The notes beneath the pieces are model-generated. The model worked only from the letters and a program-made list of their open reading frames with translations, ran no database searches and was not told where the DNA came from. A DNA stretch of 60,867 nucleotides, counting the filler. It is 6 parts of 6 records of this genome, joined end to end, with 100 filler letters (N's around TTAATTAATTAA, not from the genome) between each part and the next. Parts side by side here need not be neighbours in the genome. Positions count along the whole stretch, not along the records: positions 49,538 to 54,870 come from SRR31156797_16556; positions 54,971 to 60,867 come from SRR31156797_16562; 4 more parts are not named here. The stretch is one strand, 5' to 3'. A program made the position numbers and the translations under genes. Of the stretch, positions 50,412-60,558 are shown one piece after another. How positions within the stretch are numbered: the first letter of the stretch is position 1; each line of letters opens with the position of its first letter.

Positions 50412-52391
50412 CTACCCCATGAAAACGGAAAGGATGTTGTTCCGTGCATTGACATGCTGAATGGTTACCTGGACCAGGTCCTCGGGTTTTAGATCAATGC
50501 CGCTGGATTGGGGAAGAAAGCATTCAATCATGTAGGCGGTGAGTAAGATGGAATAGGTGTCCCGCCGCCGCTGAAGCACAATCGCCTCCTCTTTTTTGCC
50601 AACCCTTTTTTCCAGGTACTTTAATAGCCAATAGCGATTTCTACGGAATTGGATACGGCCTACATTGGCCATGGGCCGAACCAATTGTCCGATAATTTCC
50701 TCAATTTCTTTTTCCGTATAAGCCTTTTCAAGTCCGAGGATTGAACGGATCTGGCGTTGCGTAACCAGGTCGAAATATTTTCTGATCGGGGATGTAGCGG
50801 TCACATAGGCATCCAGCCCGAGTCCGCAATGCTCCTCCGGTTGGGTCCGAAGGGCAAACCTGCTCAAGTACTTACGCTGCATCCAATGTTGAAAAAGGGT
50901 TCCCGTGCCGTTTTTAAGAATACGATTTTTAGGTTTGGGCTGGGATCTGAAAATAGCCGGGGTGTCGTTCTCCGCCAAAAAACGTGCTGTTAGCCAGTTG
51001 GACATGATCATCATTTCAGCGATCAGCAATCTTCCGGGGCTTTCACGGTTCACCCGGTTGACCATGGGCTCACCGTCTTCATCCAACCATATGGTAACCT
51101 CGGGAAGGGTGATCTGGATAGCCCCCTGGCTCAGCCGGACCTCTCTGAATCGGGAAGCAATTTCGTGGAGGATTCCGATGGATTTTCCTTCTTCAGCATA
51201 AAGATTCGCTTCAAAGTAGCTAATTTGCTGTTTGACACGAATGACGGAAGGAAAAATATCGTAACTGATGATATCTCCCGTTCTGCTGATTTTCACCATG
51301 GTGCTGATGGCCGGCCGAAGACGATCTTTTTTTAAACTCAATCGCTGTTCGGCCAAAATGGGAGGGATCATGGAGATCCGATCATCCGGCAGATAGATGG
51401 AACTGCCCCGCGATCGAGCAGTTTTATCCAATGCATCATTCTTCTTGAGATACTGAGAAACATCCGAGATATGAACGCCAACGAGAAAAAAATCATCCTT
51501 GCTTTCGATACTCAGGGCATCGTCGAAATCAAGTGTTGACTGCCCATCAATGGTAATGGTGTTCAAGGAAGTGAGATCCACCCGTTTACTGTCGAAAAAG
51601 GTTTCCTCTTCAGGAACACTCCGGGCCTGAACAAGAGCGGCTTTCGGAAATTCCGTCGGAATTTCATATCGTTTGAGATCTACATTTTCATCGGATCCCC
51701 AGACCCCCACGGCAACAAGATGATGAAACAGAGCCTCCATGGAGGTCAGGCCGGCCCTTTTCATAATCGCTTTCGCCGTTTTGCAATGACGGCTTTCCTT
51801 TTCGAAAAGATAATAGGATTGAAAAATTTCTATCAGTTCACGGTGGCCTTCGGGCATTTCGCTTTTTGAACCGGATTGCACTGCGCTGATCCAATCCCCC
51901 CCTGAAAGGATCAATCTCTCCAGATGTTCCGCTTTTTTTTCTGTCGCAAGAATCTCTTCCAACTGGGATTCGGTGTGCGGTAAAAACTTGTCCGGTTTGA
52001 ACTTGAAATGACGGCGACTTTTGAAAAGAGCCCGGATAACCCCGGATTCATGATCGTCGTCCGGGGACGAAGGGAAGCAAAGGCCGGTCATGGTTTTTAA
52101 ATCAATCCACGCATGCTCTTCCTTTAAAATATCCCAGAGGTCTTCAATAACGATTGTATCTGCAATGGCGTTTCGTCGAACGGACAATTCGCGGAGGGAT
52201 TCGACCAACCGGGGTTTCTCCAAAGATGGATCCAGGTGTTTTTCACCGCGGTGGGACAACCGCTGCGCAGCCAGCCGCACCTCCTTATTATTTTCGGTCA
52301 ACAATTTGAGCCGCTGGTTTCCGCTCTCTGTAACCACGGCACAAATAATTTTCCGATCGTCAATATATTCTACAATTTCACCTGATTCCAT
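50412..52391 (-). CDS. RNB-domain exoribonuclease (RNase II/R family)
   Basis: TIDGQSTLDFDDALS, HISDV, HCGLGLDAYVTATSPIRKYFD. Start at ATG 52391 or TTG 52409. Confidence 0.92.
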   Translation of the reverse strand: MESGEIVEYIDDRKIICAVVTESGNQRLKLLTENNKEVRLAAQRLSHRGEKHLDPSLEKPRLVESLRELSVRRNAIADTIVIEDLWDILKEEHAWIDLKTMTGLCFPSSPDDDHESGVIRALFKSRRHFKFKPDKFLPHTESQLEEILATEKKAEHLERLILSGGDWISAVQSGSKSEMPEGHRELIEIFQSYYLFEKESRHCKTAKAIMKRAGLTSMEALFHHLVAVGVWGSDENVDLKRYEIPTEFPKAALVQARSVPEEETFFDSKRVDLTSLNTITIDGQSTLDFDDALSIESKDDFFLVGVHISDVSQYLKKNDALDKTARSRGSSIYLPDDRISMIPPILAEQRLSLKKDRLRPAISTMVKISRTGDIISYDIFPSVIRVKQQISYFEANLYAEEGKSIGILHEIASRFREVRLSQGAIQITLPEVTIWLDEDGEPMVNRVNRESPGRLLIAEMMIMSNWLTARFLAENDTPAIFRSQPKPKNRILKNGTGTLFQHWMQRKYLSRFALRTQPEEHCGLGLDAYVTATSPIRKYFDLVTQRQIRSILGLEKAYTEKEIEEIIGQLVRPMANVGRIQFRRNRYWLLKYLEKRVGKKEEAIVLQRRRDTYSILLTAYMIECFLPQSSGIDLKPEDLVQVTIQHVNARNNILSVFMG

Positions 52392-52461
52392 AGCCGACTG
52401 TATTAGCAATCCCCATTGTGAAAGTCAACGCGGAGCCATTTGATGTAGGTTAAGAATGCAT

Positions 52462-52489
52462 AAAAAAAGGCAGGGCCCAGGCCCTGCCT
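52462..52489 (-). terminator. Terminator after the HU gene
   Basis: AAAAAAAGGCAGGGC-loop-GCCCTGCCT. Confidence 0.8.
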
Positions 52490-52510
52490 CAAAAAAATGA
52501 AAATGCTGTA

Positions 52511-52780
52511 TTATTTTACAGCCTCTTTCAGCGCTTTCGCCGGTACAAATTTAGGAACCGTTCTGGCATCAATCTTGATTTCAGCACCGGTCTGGGGATT
52601 TCGCCCTGTTCGGGCTTCCCGTTTGGCGGTTTTAAAACTACCGAAACCGGCCAGTTGGACAGGCTCGCTTTTTTTCAAAGAGTCGATGATAGAAGAAAAA
52701 ATACAATCAACCACTTCTTGCGCCTGTTTTTTCGTTGAAACGATTTTGGCCACCTCACTGACTAAATCACCTTTGTTCAT
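52511..52780 (-). CDS. hup: DNA-binding protein HU
   Basis: MNKGDLV, GFGSF, ARTGRNPQTG, PKFVPAKALKEAV. Confidence 0.95.
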   Translation of the reverse strand: MNKGDLVSEVAKIVSTKKQAQEVVDCIFSSIIDSLKKSEPVQLAGFGSFKTAKREARTGRNPQTGAEIKIDARTVPKFVPAKALKEAVK

Positions 52781-52897
52781 GGTCCCCTTGCCTCCGTATC
52801 GAATGGTAATAGAAAAAATGGATAAAGGAAATTACAGGAAAAGCGTGCTATAACTTCAAATCATTTTTCAGTCAAGTAGATAAGTGCCCTGAAAAGA

Positions 52898-54766
52898 CTA
52901 TCGGAAAGCGCATAATTCCATGGACCATTGTTTTATTCCGTCTGAATCCGGTTTATTCGTCTCGATGATGGACAATCTGCTGAGATCTCTGTCAATTGTT
53001 AAAAAACTGTTAGGACCGGTAATTCTTGTACCCGAAAACAGATACCCGCCAATTTTTACTACTGGGGATCCACTGTTGGTTTTCCTGGCCTCGGAAATGA
53101 CTGCCAAGCGATTTTTTAATTGGACGATGGAGGAATCGATTTCTTCAATTTTTCTTTCAACATCTGCGATTTCTCTTTCAATGGCATCATCCTCTTCCAT
53201 CAGGTGGGCTACCTCCCCGTCGAATGCTTTCTGGCTGTTTTTTAAGTTAGTTATCTTTTCTTGAAGTTTTTGCGCTGCGGTTCCACTTTCGTTGAACAGT
53301 CCCGTTTCAACCTTTTCTTGTAAACGCCTGTGCTGAACCATGCACTGGTCTTGTTTTTGGGCGACCTCACCCAAGGTTGTATTCAACTGATCGGATCGAC
53401 TTTTCAGGCTTTCAATTCGTTCCGGCAGTTTTTTCTTCTCCTGTGTAATGGACTGAATCTTGTCTTTAACGGTATTGTACTCTTTTTCCAGTTTTTGATC
53501 GACGCCAACAATCAGGTCACTGGGATTGGACGCCTGGGTACCGATATCCATGGCAGCAATGCCCATTTTACCGGAAATTTTTGAAGAGAGGATGATACCA
53601 CTCGTGACCATGCATCGACCATTCGCATATATCTTTGAGTCGATGATCTCTTTTTCTACGACGACACTTCCGGCAACGGTGATTTCAGCATCGTGGATAT
53701 GACCTGCTTTGAGGTTCCCTTCCGAGTGAATGACAGCACCAAAAATGCCGTTGGTCGCCGTGATATCTCCATCAATATCAATCTCGGCCTCCATAATCTC
53801 TTTCGCCTTCAAGCTGGCACCTTTTACCCGGTACCCCTTTTCGATGGTGCCGTCGACTTCAATATGCCCTTCGAAATCAATATGACCGGTGTCCAAGGAA
53901 ACATCACCTTTTATATGAAGCGTTGGAATAACTGAAATCTCGCCAAATAGTGAAAGCTTGGGCATACCGGAAACCATAGCGTGAGCCAGCTCCCCATCCA
54001 ATGATTTTTTAACGCCCTTTCCGCACGAAAACCGCTGGAATTTTTGTATGGGAACAGGAACTGTGTTCCCATACACATCGATTCCCTCTTTTCCTTCAGA
54101 ACCGGGAATAAATTCGGCGAGGAGATCCCCTTTCTTCACCTGAGGTAACTTTCCTCGATCCTTCCAATCCATCAACCCCTCATCGGTTAATGTACCTATT
54201 TTGCATGGATCCGTATCAAAGTGGTAGCGGATTTCTGGAGGAGAAGCCGGAATCGGAGGAGCACCGGATGCGATTACCCAAGGTTCCCCGACACTGAATT
54301 CTCCATTCAAATAGGCATTGATCTGATTGTCCTTTGCAATACCGACGAATATATCTTCCGCCTGCAGCATCAGCTTGACATCATCGATACTAAACTCGGA
54401 TGTAGAATTGTTGCCGTACAATTGAAGAAAAGCGGTCATCTTATCCCTGGATACCGATATATCCAGCAATGTTTCCTCCGTTTTTGGCGCCCTGTTCCTT
54501 TTACTCGTTTTTCTGGAGGGATTTGAGATGCAAACGGAAGAAGAAAGCCTGTTCATCTTGTTTTTGATATGAAGAATCTCTTTTTTTTCCGCATCCGAAA
54601 GTGCGTTCATTTCTATCAGTATTTCGCCGATAGGCATATGTACCTGTTTTTTAGCAATAATCCTCTCTTGGACCTCCAGGGCTCTACTTAATTGTTCTTC
54701 GCTGATATAGTTCAACGAAACGGCAATTTCTCCGAATTTTTTAACATTATTCTTTTTGTCGATCAT
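52898..54766 (-). CDS. FapA (DUF342) family protein with an N-terminal MshEN-like module
   Basis: VKKGDLLA...GIDVYG, GDVSLDTGHIDFEG beta-helix and a coiled-coil insert. N-terminus KFGEIAV...EEQLSRALEVQ...IGEILI. Confidence 0.85.
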   Translation of the reverse strand: MIDKKNNVKKFGEIAVSLNYISEEQLSRALEVQERIIAKKQVHMPIGEILIEMNALSDAEKKEILHIKNKMNRLSSSVCISNPSRKTSKRNRAPKTEETLLDISVSRDKMTAFLQLYGNNSTSEFSIDDVKLMLQAEDIFVGIAKDNQINAYLNGEFSVGEPWVIASGAPPIPASPPEIRYHFDTDPCKIGTLTDEGLMDWKDRGKLPQVKKGDLLAEFIPGSEGKEGIDVYGNTVPVPIQKFQRFSCGKGVKKSLDGELAHAMVSGMPKLSLFGEISVIPTLHIKGDVSLDTGHIDFEGHIEVDGTIEKGYRVKGASLKAKEIMEAEIDIDGDITATNGIFGAVIHSEGNLKAGHIHDAEITVAGSVVVEKEIIDSKIYANGRCMVTSGIILSSKISGKMGIAAMDIGTQASNPSDLIVGVDQKLEKEYNTVKDKIQSITQEKKKLPERIESLKSRSDQLNTTLGEVAQKQDQCMVQHRRLQEKVETGLFNESGTAAQKLQEKITNLKNSQKAFDGEVAHLMEEDDAIEREIADVERKIEEIDSSIVQLKNRLAVISEARKTNSGSPVVKIGGYLFSGTRITGPNSFLTIDRDLSRLSIIETNKPDSDGIKQWSMELCAFR

Positions 54767-54845
54767 ACAACCACTTCCAAAATATCGAAGGACTTTATCA
54801 ATGTTTCAGCTTGTCAGTCCTCCTATTGAGGTCTGTTGGAAATCC

Positions 54846-54870
54846 CAATCGGACATTTTGCCGAAAACTT
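54846..54870 (-). promoter_or_regulatory. Candidate sigma-28 (FliA) promoter of the fapA-like gene
   Basis: Minus strand AAGTTT-N11-TCCGATTG versus consensus TAAAGTTT-N11-GCCGATAA; the -35 is cut by the contig end. Confidence 0.5.
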
Positions 54871-54970
54871 NNNNNNNNNNNNNNNNNNNNNNNNNNNNNN
54901 NNNNNNNNNNNNNNTTAATTAATTAANNNNNNNNNNNNNNNNNNNNNNNNNNNNNNNNNNNNNNNNNNNN
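54871..54970. other. Artificial contig spacer
   Basis: N44-TTAATTAATTAA-N44. Confidence 0.98.
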
Positions 54971-55283
54971 CTTTCAGTGGAAACCCTTCCTCTAAAATGA
55001 GCCCCAGGGTCAGATATAACGGTTTTGCCCCCTGCATGGAGAGATCGTTGACGGTTCCGTGAATGGAGAGGCTGCCGATATCCCCGCCGGGGAAGAAAAT
55101 GGGATCCACCACATAAGAGTCGGTGGTCATGGCCAGGTTGTGGTCAAACAGGTCGACAACGGCGCTGTCGTCCATCTGATCCAGGATATGGTTGTGAAGT
55201 CGACGCCGAAATACACTTTCCACCAGTTCCCGGGAGGCTTCCCCGCCGCTGCCGTGATCCAAGGTGATTTGTTCCGTTTTCAT
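54971..55283 (-). CDS. hypE: Hydrogenase maturation protein HypE, N-terminal fragment
   Basis: ITLDHGSGG, TTDSYVVDPIFFPGGDIG, GTVNDLSMQGAKP, ILEEG. Confidence 0.92.
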
Positions 55284-55339
55284 GGTTGAAGTTTCTCCAA
55301 AATTCAGGCTGACGACCGGTTGTGATTTGTGACGCTTTG

Positions 55340-56389
55340 CTATTTCATATGGGGTTCGACGATGATTTTGATACAGTCGTGCTCGGTGGGGGCACAAACA
55401 TTTTGGAATCCTGAAGGTCCTTCTGCCAGGCTTAACCGGTGTGTGACCGTTTCAAGGACCGGGACGGCCTTTTCCTTAATCAATGAAAGGGCCGTTTTGC
55501 AGTCAACGGGGCCACCGGCATAGGTGCTGGTGAGGGTAATTTCCGTGCGCCAGAACAGGTCATTGATGGTTGCCGGAAGGGTGGCCCCTTCGGGGGCACC
55601 GGCGAAAAACAGTACCGTCCCCCCCCTCTCCACGGCTTTCAGGGCCAGGGGGATGAATCCATCAAAGCAGATGATCACCAGATCCGCCAGGCGGCCTTCA
55701 TTGGCCCGGCGAAGGGATGTTATGACATCCTCTTCCCCATGTATGGCAAGATCGGCACCCATTTCCCCGGCCTTTTTAAGCCGGTACGGAATGGTATCAA
55801 CGGCCGCAACCAAACCCGCTCCGAGGGCCCGGGCGAGGCCCACGTGGAGCAGTCCCGATATGCCGCTTCCCAGGACCAGAACCGTCTGTCCCGGTTTCAA
55901 CCGGGCGGTTTTCTGCCCGCGCAACACACAGGCCAACGGTTCCATGAAGGAGGCTTCATTATGGGTTACACCCTTCGGGATCAGAAAGACCCCACGGTCC
56001 ACATTGATGCCCGGGACCCTCAGGTATTCCGCAAATCCTCCCGGGTCGAAATGGGTGCCCCTGAGCAAGGTGTCGCAGACCGTATGGTGCCCCGAAAGGC
56101 AGTAATGACAGGTGTTGCAGGGAACATGGTGGGTGACGGCCACCCGGTCGCCGGGCTTGAATTTTTCCACACGGTCACCGGTTGATACCACTTCGCCCGC
56201 CACCTCATGGCCCAACACAAGGGGGACCTTGTCCCGCCGGTACCATTCCATCACGTCACTGCCGCAGATGCCGCTGGCGAAAACTTTCAGGAGGAGTTCA
56301 TCCGGTCCGATTTCAGGTATGGGCATGGTTTCAAGGCGGACATCATGGTTTGCATAATACATCAAAACGCGCATGGTTTTTCGGGTCAT
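55340..56389 (-). CDS. Zn-dependent medium-chain dehydrogenase (polyol/threonine dehydrogenase-like)
   Basis: GICGSD, GHE, CNTCHYC...C, EPLAC, GSGISG. Start at 56389 or 56374. Confidence 0.9.
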   Translation of the reverse strand: MTRKTMRVLMYYANHDVRLETMPIPEIGPDELLLKVFASGICGSDVMEWYRRDKVPLVLGHEVAGEVVSTGDRVEKFKPGDRVAVTHHVPCNTCHYCLSGHHTVCDTLLRGTHFDPGGFAEYLRVPGINVDRGVFLIPKGVTHNEASFMEPLACVLRGQKTARLKPGQTVLVLGSGISGLLHVGLARALGAGLVAAVDTIPYRLKKAGEMGADLAIHGEEDVITSLRRANEGRLADLVIICFDGFIPLALKAVERGGTVLFFAGAPEGATLPATINDLFWRTEITLTSTYAGGPVDCKTALSLIKEKAVPVLETVTHRLSLAEGPSGFQNVCAPTEHDCIKIIVEPHMK

Positions 56390-56399
56390 GGCTCTATTA

Positions 56400-57308
56400 T
56401 TATATGGTGTCTTCAGGGTTTTCGGCCCGGGTGCTTTCAAAAAGATCCAGGGCCTGTTTCGGTGTGGCGCCTTGGTGGATTACGGCATTCAGCGCTTTCA
56501 TGACGGCCAGGGGATGGGGATGTTGCCACACGTTTCTTCCCAGGTTGACCCCGATGGCCCCTTTTTGCAGTCCGTCATATACAAATTCAAACACCTCCAG
56601 GGCCGTTTCGCATTTGGGGCCACCGGCAATGACAACCGGGACCGGGCACCCAAGGGTGACCTTTTCAAAACCGTCATCACAATAATAGGTTTTGACGATC
56701 TTGGCGCCCAACTCCGCTGCAATCCGGCAGGATAGGGCCAGGTAGCGGGCGGTCCTTTTTTCCATCTCTTTGCCCACGGCGGTGACCGCCATTACGGGTA
56801 TTCCGTAGTTCTCGCATTCATTGACAAGTTGCGCCAGATTGTCCAGGGTTTCCTGTTCATAGTCACTTCCCACAAAGATGGATACGCCCACTGCCGAGAC
56901 GTTCAGCCGAAGCATGTCCTCAATGGAGGTGGTAATCACCTCGTTGGCAAGGTCTTCTCCGACCACACTGGTGCCGCCGGAGACCCGCAGGATAATGGGT
57001 GTATTGATGCGGAAATCGATGGCGGATCTCAATACCCCGCGCGTAACAAAGAGACCGTCCGCATAGGGGACGAGATTTTGAATGGTTTCAGCCGGTCTTT
57101 CCAAACATCGGGTGGGTCCCTGAAAATAGCCGTGGTCAATGGGAAGAAACTGGCAGTGTCCATCCTTGCCCATCAGACGGGAGAGCCTGTTTTTCATTCC
57201 CCAATCCAGATTGTCGGCCCCTTTGATCCAATCCCCGGTCCCTTCTTTTTTTTCCGGCGGCATGTCCTCAATTTCTCTGGCTTCCAAAATTCCTTCCGCA
57301 TCCGGCAT
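56400..57308 (-). CDS. lsrF: LsrF-like class I aldolase/thiolase
   Basis: LDWGMKNRLSR, DHGYFQGPT, AELGAKIVKTYY, VIAGGPK, GRNVWQ. Confidence 0.85.
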   Translation of the reverse strand: MPDAEGILEAREIEDMPPEKKEGTGDWIKGADNLDWGMKNRLSRLMGKDGHCQFLPIDHGYFQGPTRCLERPAETIQNLVPYADGLFVTRGVLRSAIDFRINTPIILRVSGGTSVVGEDLANEVITTSIEDMLRLNVSAVGVSIFVGSDYEQETLDNLAQLVNECENYGIPVMAVTAVGKEMEKRTARYLALSCRIAAELGAKIVKTYYCDDGFEKVTLGCPVPVVIAGGPKCETALEVFEFVYDGLQKGAIGVNLGRNVWQHPHPLAVMKALNAVIHQGATPKQALDLFESTRAENPEDTI

Positions 57309-57537
57309 ATCCATCTCCTCCTGAAAAAAGTCAGGTTTAAATTATGGTTTCATTTCAGGAACGGATTCTACATTGTTAAGCCATGGGATGCAATCAGATA
57401 TTGTCTTGACGTGATCGCCACAGGCGATGTATAGGCTCATAAAGGTCGGTTATGGTATATTGTTATCGGTAGTTCACGGCCGAAAAAAGTGTAAGCCGTG
57501 AATGGACAACCGTGAAACCTTAAAGAAAGGATGTTGA

Positions 57538-58032
57538 ATGTCCCCCGTTAAAGATGGCATGGCGCCATGTCTGATTCATATTGATAAAGAAGGAAGATGG
57601 TTCCACAAGGGCGTCGAGATGATTCGGCGTGAGTTCGTCAGGTCGTTTTATGAGCAAATGGAGTTGGACGATGCTGGGCGATACATCATTGACTGGGGGG
57701 GGGAGCGTTGCTATGTGGATGTGGCAGACACGGCCTTCGTGGTGAGACGTGTATCCCGTTTAAATGGAGAAACCGGTAAGCGTTCCGGGTTTGTACTAAA
57801 CCTGAGTGATGATACCGAAGAAGAACTGAGGCCGGACACCCTCCATATGGGGGATGAGAATGTTCTCTACTGCAGGGTTAAGGATGGGACCTTCCCCGCA
57901 CGCTTCAACCGCGCGGCCTATTATCAGCTGGCAGCGCATGTTGAAACAGAGGGAGGCGACTACGTTTTACCCGTCAACCACAGAAAATTCAAAATTGCCG
58001 TGGGAAAACCGAAAAATGCTTGGGGCCATTGA
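57538..58032 (+). CDS. DUF1285-like protein
   Basis: IHIDKEGRWFHKG, VDVADTAF, ARFNRAAYYQLA. Confidence 0.75.
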   Translation: MSPVKDGMAPCLIHIDKEGRWFHKGVEMIRREFVRSFYEQMELDDAGRYIIDWGGERCYVDVADTAFVVRRVSRLNGETGKRSGFVLNLSDDTEEELRPDTLHMGDENVLYCRVKDGTFPARFNRAAYYQLAAHVETEGGDYVLPVNHRKFKIAVGKPKNAWGH

Positions 58033-58044
58033 ATGACTGATCCG

Positions 58045-59949
58045 TCAGGAATTTCCATCCACGGGGGTAACGATTTCTATCCTGGCCTTCTTTTTCAGGT
58101 TCTTTATCCAGCTTTCAAAAATACGTTGATGTTTTGTCTGGGTCAGTGACGATTTATAAACATCTTTTTCTTCCTGGAATTTCTTTTCGTCAATCCCTTC
58201 CTTCCCTTCCCACCGAATGATAAAAACGCCATTATTGTTCACAAAAGGCTTTTGGGTATACCGGTTGTCCTTGCTCAATTTAAAGGCCATTTCGTTTAAG
58301 GCCGGCGCATTGCCGATGTCGGGTATGGGGTCCCGTCGGGTGAAAAAACCGGGTTTCTGAATCTTGAGGTTGTTTTCCGCCGCCATTGTTTCCCAGGATT
58401 TACCTTCTTTGAGCGCTTTCAGGTATTTTTCCGCTGCCGATTCGGCTGCCGCCCGGGCCTCATGGGCAATGAAACTTTCCTCTACAGCCTCTCTAACCTC
58501 TTTCAGTTCGGGAAGATAGCTCTCTTTACTCTCAGCTGTTTGAAAGATGAAAAATTTCCCTCCCAATTCGATGAGGCCGCTGGCTTCGTTTTTCTCCAGA
58601 GCAAAGAGGGTTGGCCCTATTTTTTCACTCCCCTTAATGTCTGGTATCGGCGCATTCTTTGAAAAATGGGCGGAATTTTTTGCGGTGATGCCGTGGTGAT
58701 TTCCGTAAGCAACCAGATCCACGTCATAGGGCATCTGATCCAGAAGGGTTAACCCCTTTTCGTGCGCCAGTTCCGTTGTGAGATTTTTGATCAATGTGGC
58801 TGAAATATCTTCTTTGACTTCATCCAATGGGGTTAATCCGGCTTCTTTGACGTCCTCCACCAGAATGATGTGATAGCCAAAACGGGTTTGGACCAGATCG
58901 CTGATCTCTCCCTTTTTCATGGCGAAAGCCGCCTCTTCAAAAGGAGGTTCCATTTGTCCGGCTTTAAAATAGCCCAGATCTCCACCCTGGGATTTTGAGG
59001 GTCCTTCGGAATGTTCCTTTGCAAGAGTGGCAAAATCCGCTCCTTTGCGTGCTTCCTCCAACACCCTTTCGGCCCGTTCTTTAACATTGTTTTTTATTTC
59101 GTCAGAGTCGTCCTGATCCAATTTGAGCAAGATATGCCTTGCTTTCACCTGTTTGGGTTGACTGTATATGTTGGCATTGTATTCGTAATGGGATTCAATT
59201 TCTTTTTCGGTTATGTTAACTTCTCCCTCGAAATTTTTCGGATCGATCTCAAGGTAGACCACGCTGATCTTTTCAGGCACCCGATACTGCTCTTTGTTTT
59301 TCTCAAAGTACTTTTTCAGTTGGGCCTCGTCGATCTTTACCGACTTTTTGAGATTTTCAGGGTTGAACGTAACAAAGGCAATTTTTACTTTTTCGTTGGC
59401 AAATGTGTAATATTCCTGGATTTCCCGGTCCGTGATGTTCAAGAAGGCAAAAAGGAACTGCTTGAGTTTTTTATCCAGCAATTCAGATGTGATGCCGGCC
59501 TCAAAATCTTCCGGGTTCATGTGGTTGACGCTGAGCAGCGTTTGGTATCGTCTCATGTCGAACCGCCCGTTTATCTGGAATGCGGGGTAGTTCATGATCG
59601 CTTTCTGGATTTCTTCTTCCGTCACATCAAGGCCCAGTTCCCTGGCGGCCTGGCTCATGAGCCGTTGCGTGATCAGTGAGTCAAGTGCCCTTTTTTTCAG
59701 GTTGAAAATTTTGATCATGTTGTCGTTCCACATCCCTTTATATCTTGTTTGAAACGATGTGAGCATGTCACGATAAACTTTTTCGTATTCAGGACCGTTG
59801 ATGAGTTCACCGTTCACATAAGCGATTTTCATGGCTTGATCGGATGTGAATGAATATCCAAAATAGAAAACGAAAACGACAGCGATGATCGCAATCAAAG
59901 CTTTGATGAGCCAGCTCTTGGCATGTTTCCTCATGAGGCTTAATAACAT
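58045..59949 (-). CDS. ppiD: PpiD/SurA N-terminal domain peptidyl-prolyl isomerase
   Basis: N-terminal TM anchor, SurA_N region, parvulin motifs ARHILL...GGDLGYF...TRFGYHII. Confidence 0.88.
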   Translation of the reverse strand: MLLSLMRKHAKSWLIKALIAIIAVVFVFYFGYSFTSDQAMKIAYVNGELINGPEYEKVYRDMLTSFQTRYKGMWNDNMIKIFNLKKRALDSLITQRLMSQAARELGLDVTEEEIQKAIMNYPAFQINGRFDMRRYQTLLSVNHMNPEDFEAGITSELLDKKLKQFLFAFLNITDREIQEYYTFANEKVKIAFVTFNPENLKKSVKIDEAQLKKYFEKNKEQYRVPEKISVVYLEIDPKNFEGEVNITEKEIESHYEYNANIYSQPKQVKARHILLKLDQDDSDEIKNNVKERAERVLEEARKGADFATLAKEHSEGPSKSQGGDLGYFKAGQMEPPFEEAAFAMKKGEISDLVQTRFGYHIILVEDVKEAGLTPLDEVKEDISATLIKNLTTELAHEKGLTLLDQMPYDVDLVAYGNHHGITAKNSAHFSKNAPIPDIKGSEKIGPTLFALEKNEASGLIELGGKFFIFQTAESKESYLPELKEVREAVEESFIAHEARAAAESAAEKYLKALKEGKSWETMAAENNLKIQKPGFFTRRDPIPDIGNAPALNEMAFKLSKDNRYTQKPFVNNNGVFIIRWEGKEGIDEKKFQEEKDVYKSSLTQTKHQRIFESWIKNLKKKARIEIVTPVDGNS

Positions 59950-60231
59950 TCAGTACTTCCTCCCGTTTTCATTAACCGCATTGGTGCTCACAGGCACAAT
60001 GCCTATTTTCACAGAATTTCGAGAAATATCATGATTCCTGAAGGAAGTCCACGACAATTTTGAAGGGGAAGGAATCGGGATTATTTGGATAGACTTATCA
60101 TGGGAATTGTTGAAATCAGCTTGTCAATGGTCTTTTGCTGTGATAATAATTAAACTTAGTCTATGGGCATGTAAACATTCGAATTTCGGTTGTTTTGGTT
60201 GATTATAATTCAGATGGCAGGGTGTGCTGGT

Positions 60232-60549
60232 ATGACAAAAAAATACTGGAGTGTCACGGAGGTGGTTGAATTTTTTCAGGTTAGCGAGACTTTCCTAAAT
60301 GATCTGGAAAAGGAAGATATCGTGTGCCCTTCTTGCCGTGAGAGCTCGTCGGGCAAGTCGTTTTCCGCCGGTGAAATGGAAAAGGTACGGCTTGCAAAAA
60401 TTCTGATGGGGGAAATGGACGTCAATCTGGCCGGTGTTGAGGTGATTCTGCAGATGCGGAAAAGCATGATTGCCATGCGAAAACAGTTTGACGCCATTTT
60501 GGAAGACGTGGCCCGGGAAATGGAGAAGAACCTAAAACAATCTTTCTGA
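60232..60549 (+). CDS. MerR-HTH protein, CbpM/HspR-like chaperone modulator
   Basis: EKVRLAKILMGEMDVNLAGVEVILQMR. Start reassigned to MTKKYW. Confidence 0.75.
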   Translation: MTKKYWSVTEVVEFFQVSETFLNDLEKEDIVCPSCRESSSGKSFSAGEMEKVRLAKILMGEMDVNLAGVEVILQMRKSMIAMRKQFDAILEDVAREMEKNLKQSF

Positions 60550-60558
60550 TGATTGCCG

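Noticed and set aside
14717-54970. Five identical TTAATTAATTAA motifs within N runs
   Set aside because: These are artificial six-frame-stop linkers, not biological repeats. ORFs running into them (X residues) are artefacts and adjacency across them means nothing.
574-57308. AI-2E transporter plus LsrF as an AI-2 quorum-sensing system
   Set aside because: They are on different contigs, probably from different organisms, and AI-2E family membership does not imply AI-2 transport.
57473-57502. TTCACGGC/GCCGTGAA inverted repeat upstream of the DUF1285 gene as an ncRNA
   Set aside because: It is a single 8-bp stem with no recognisable family features.
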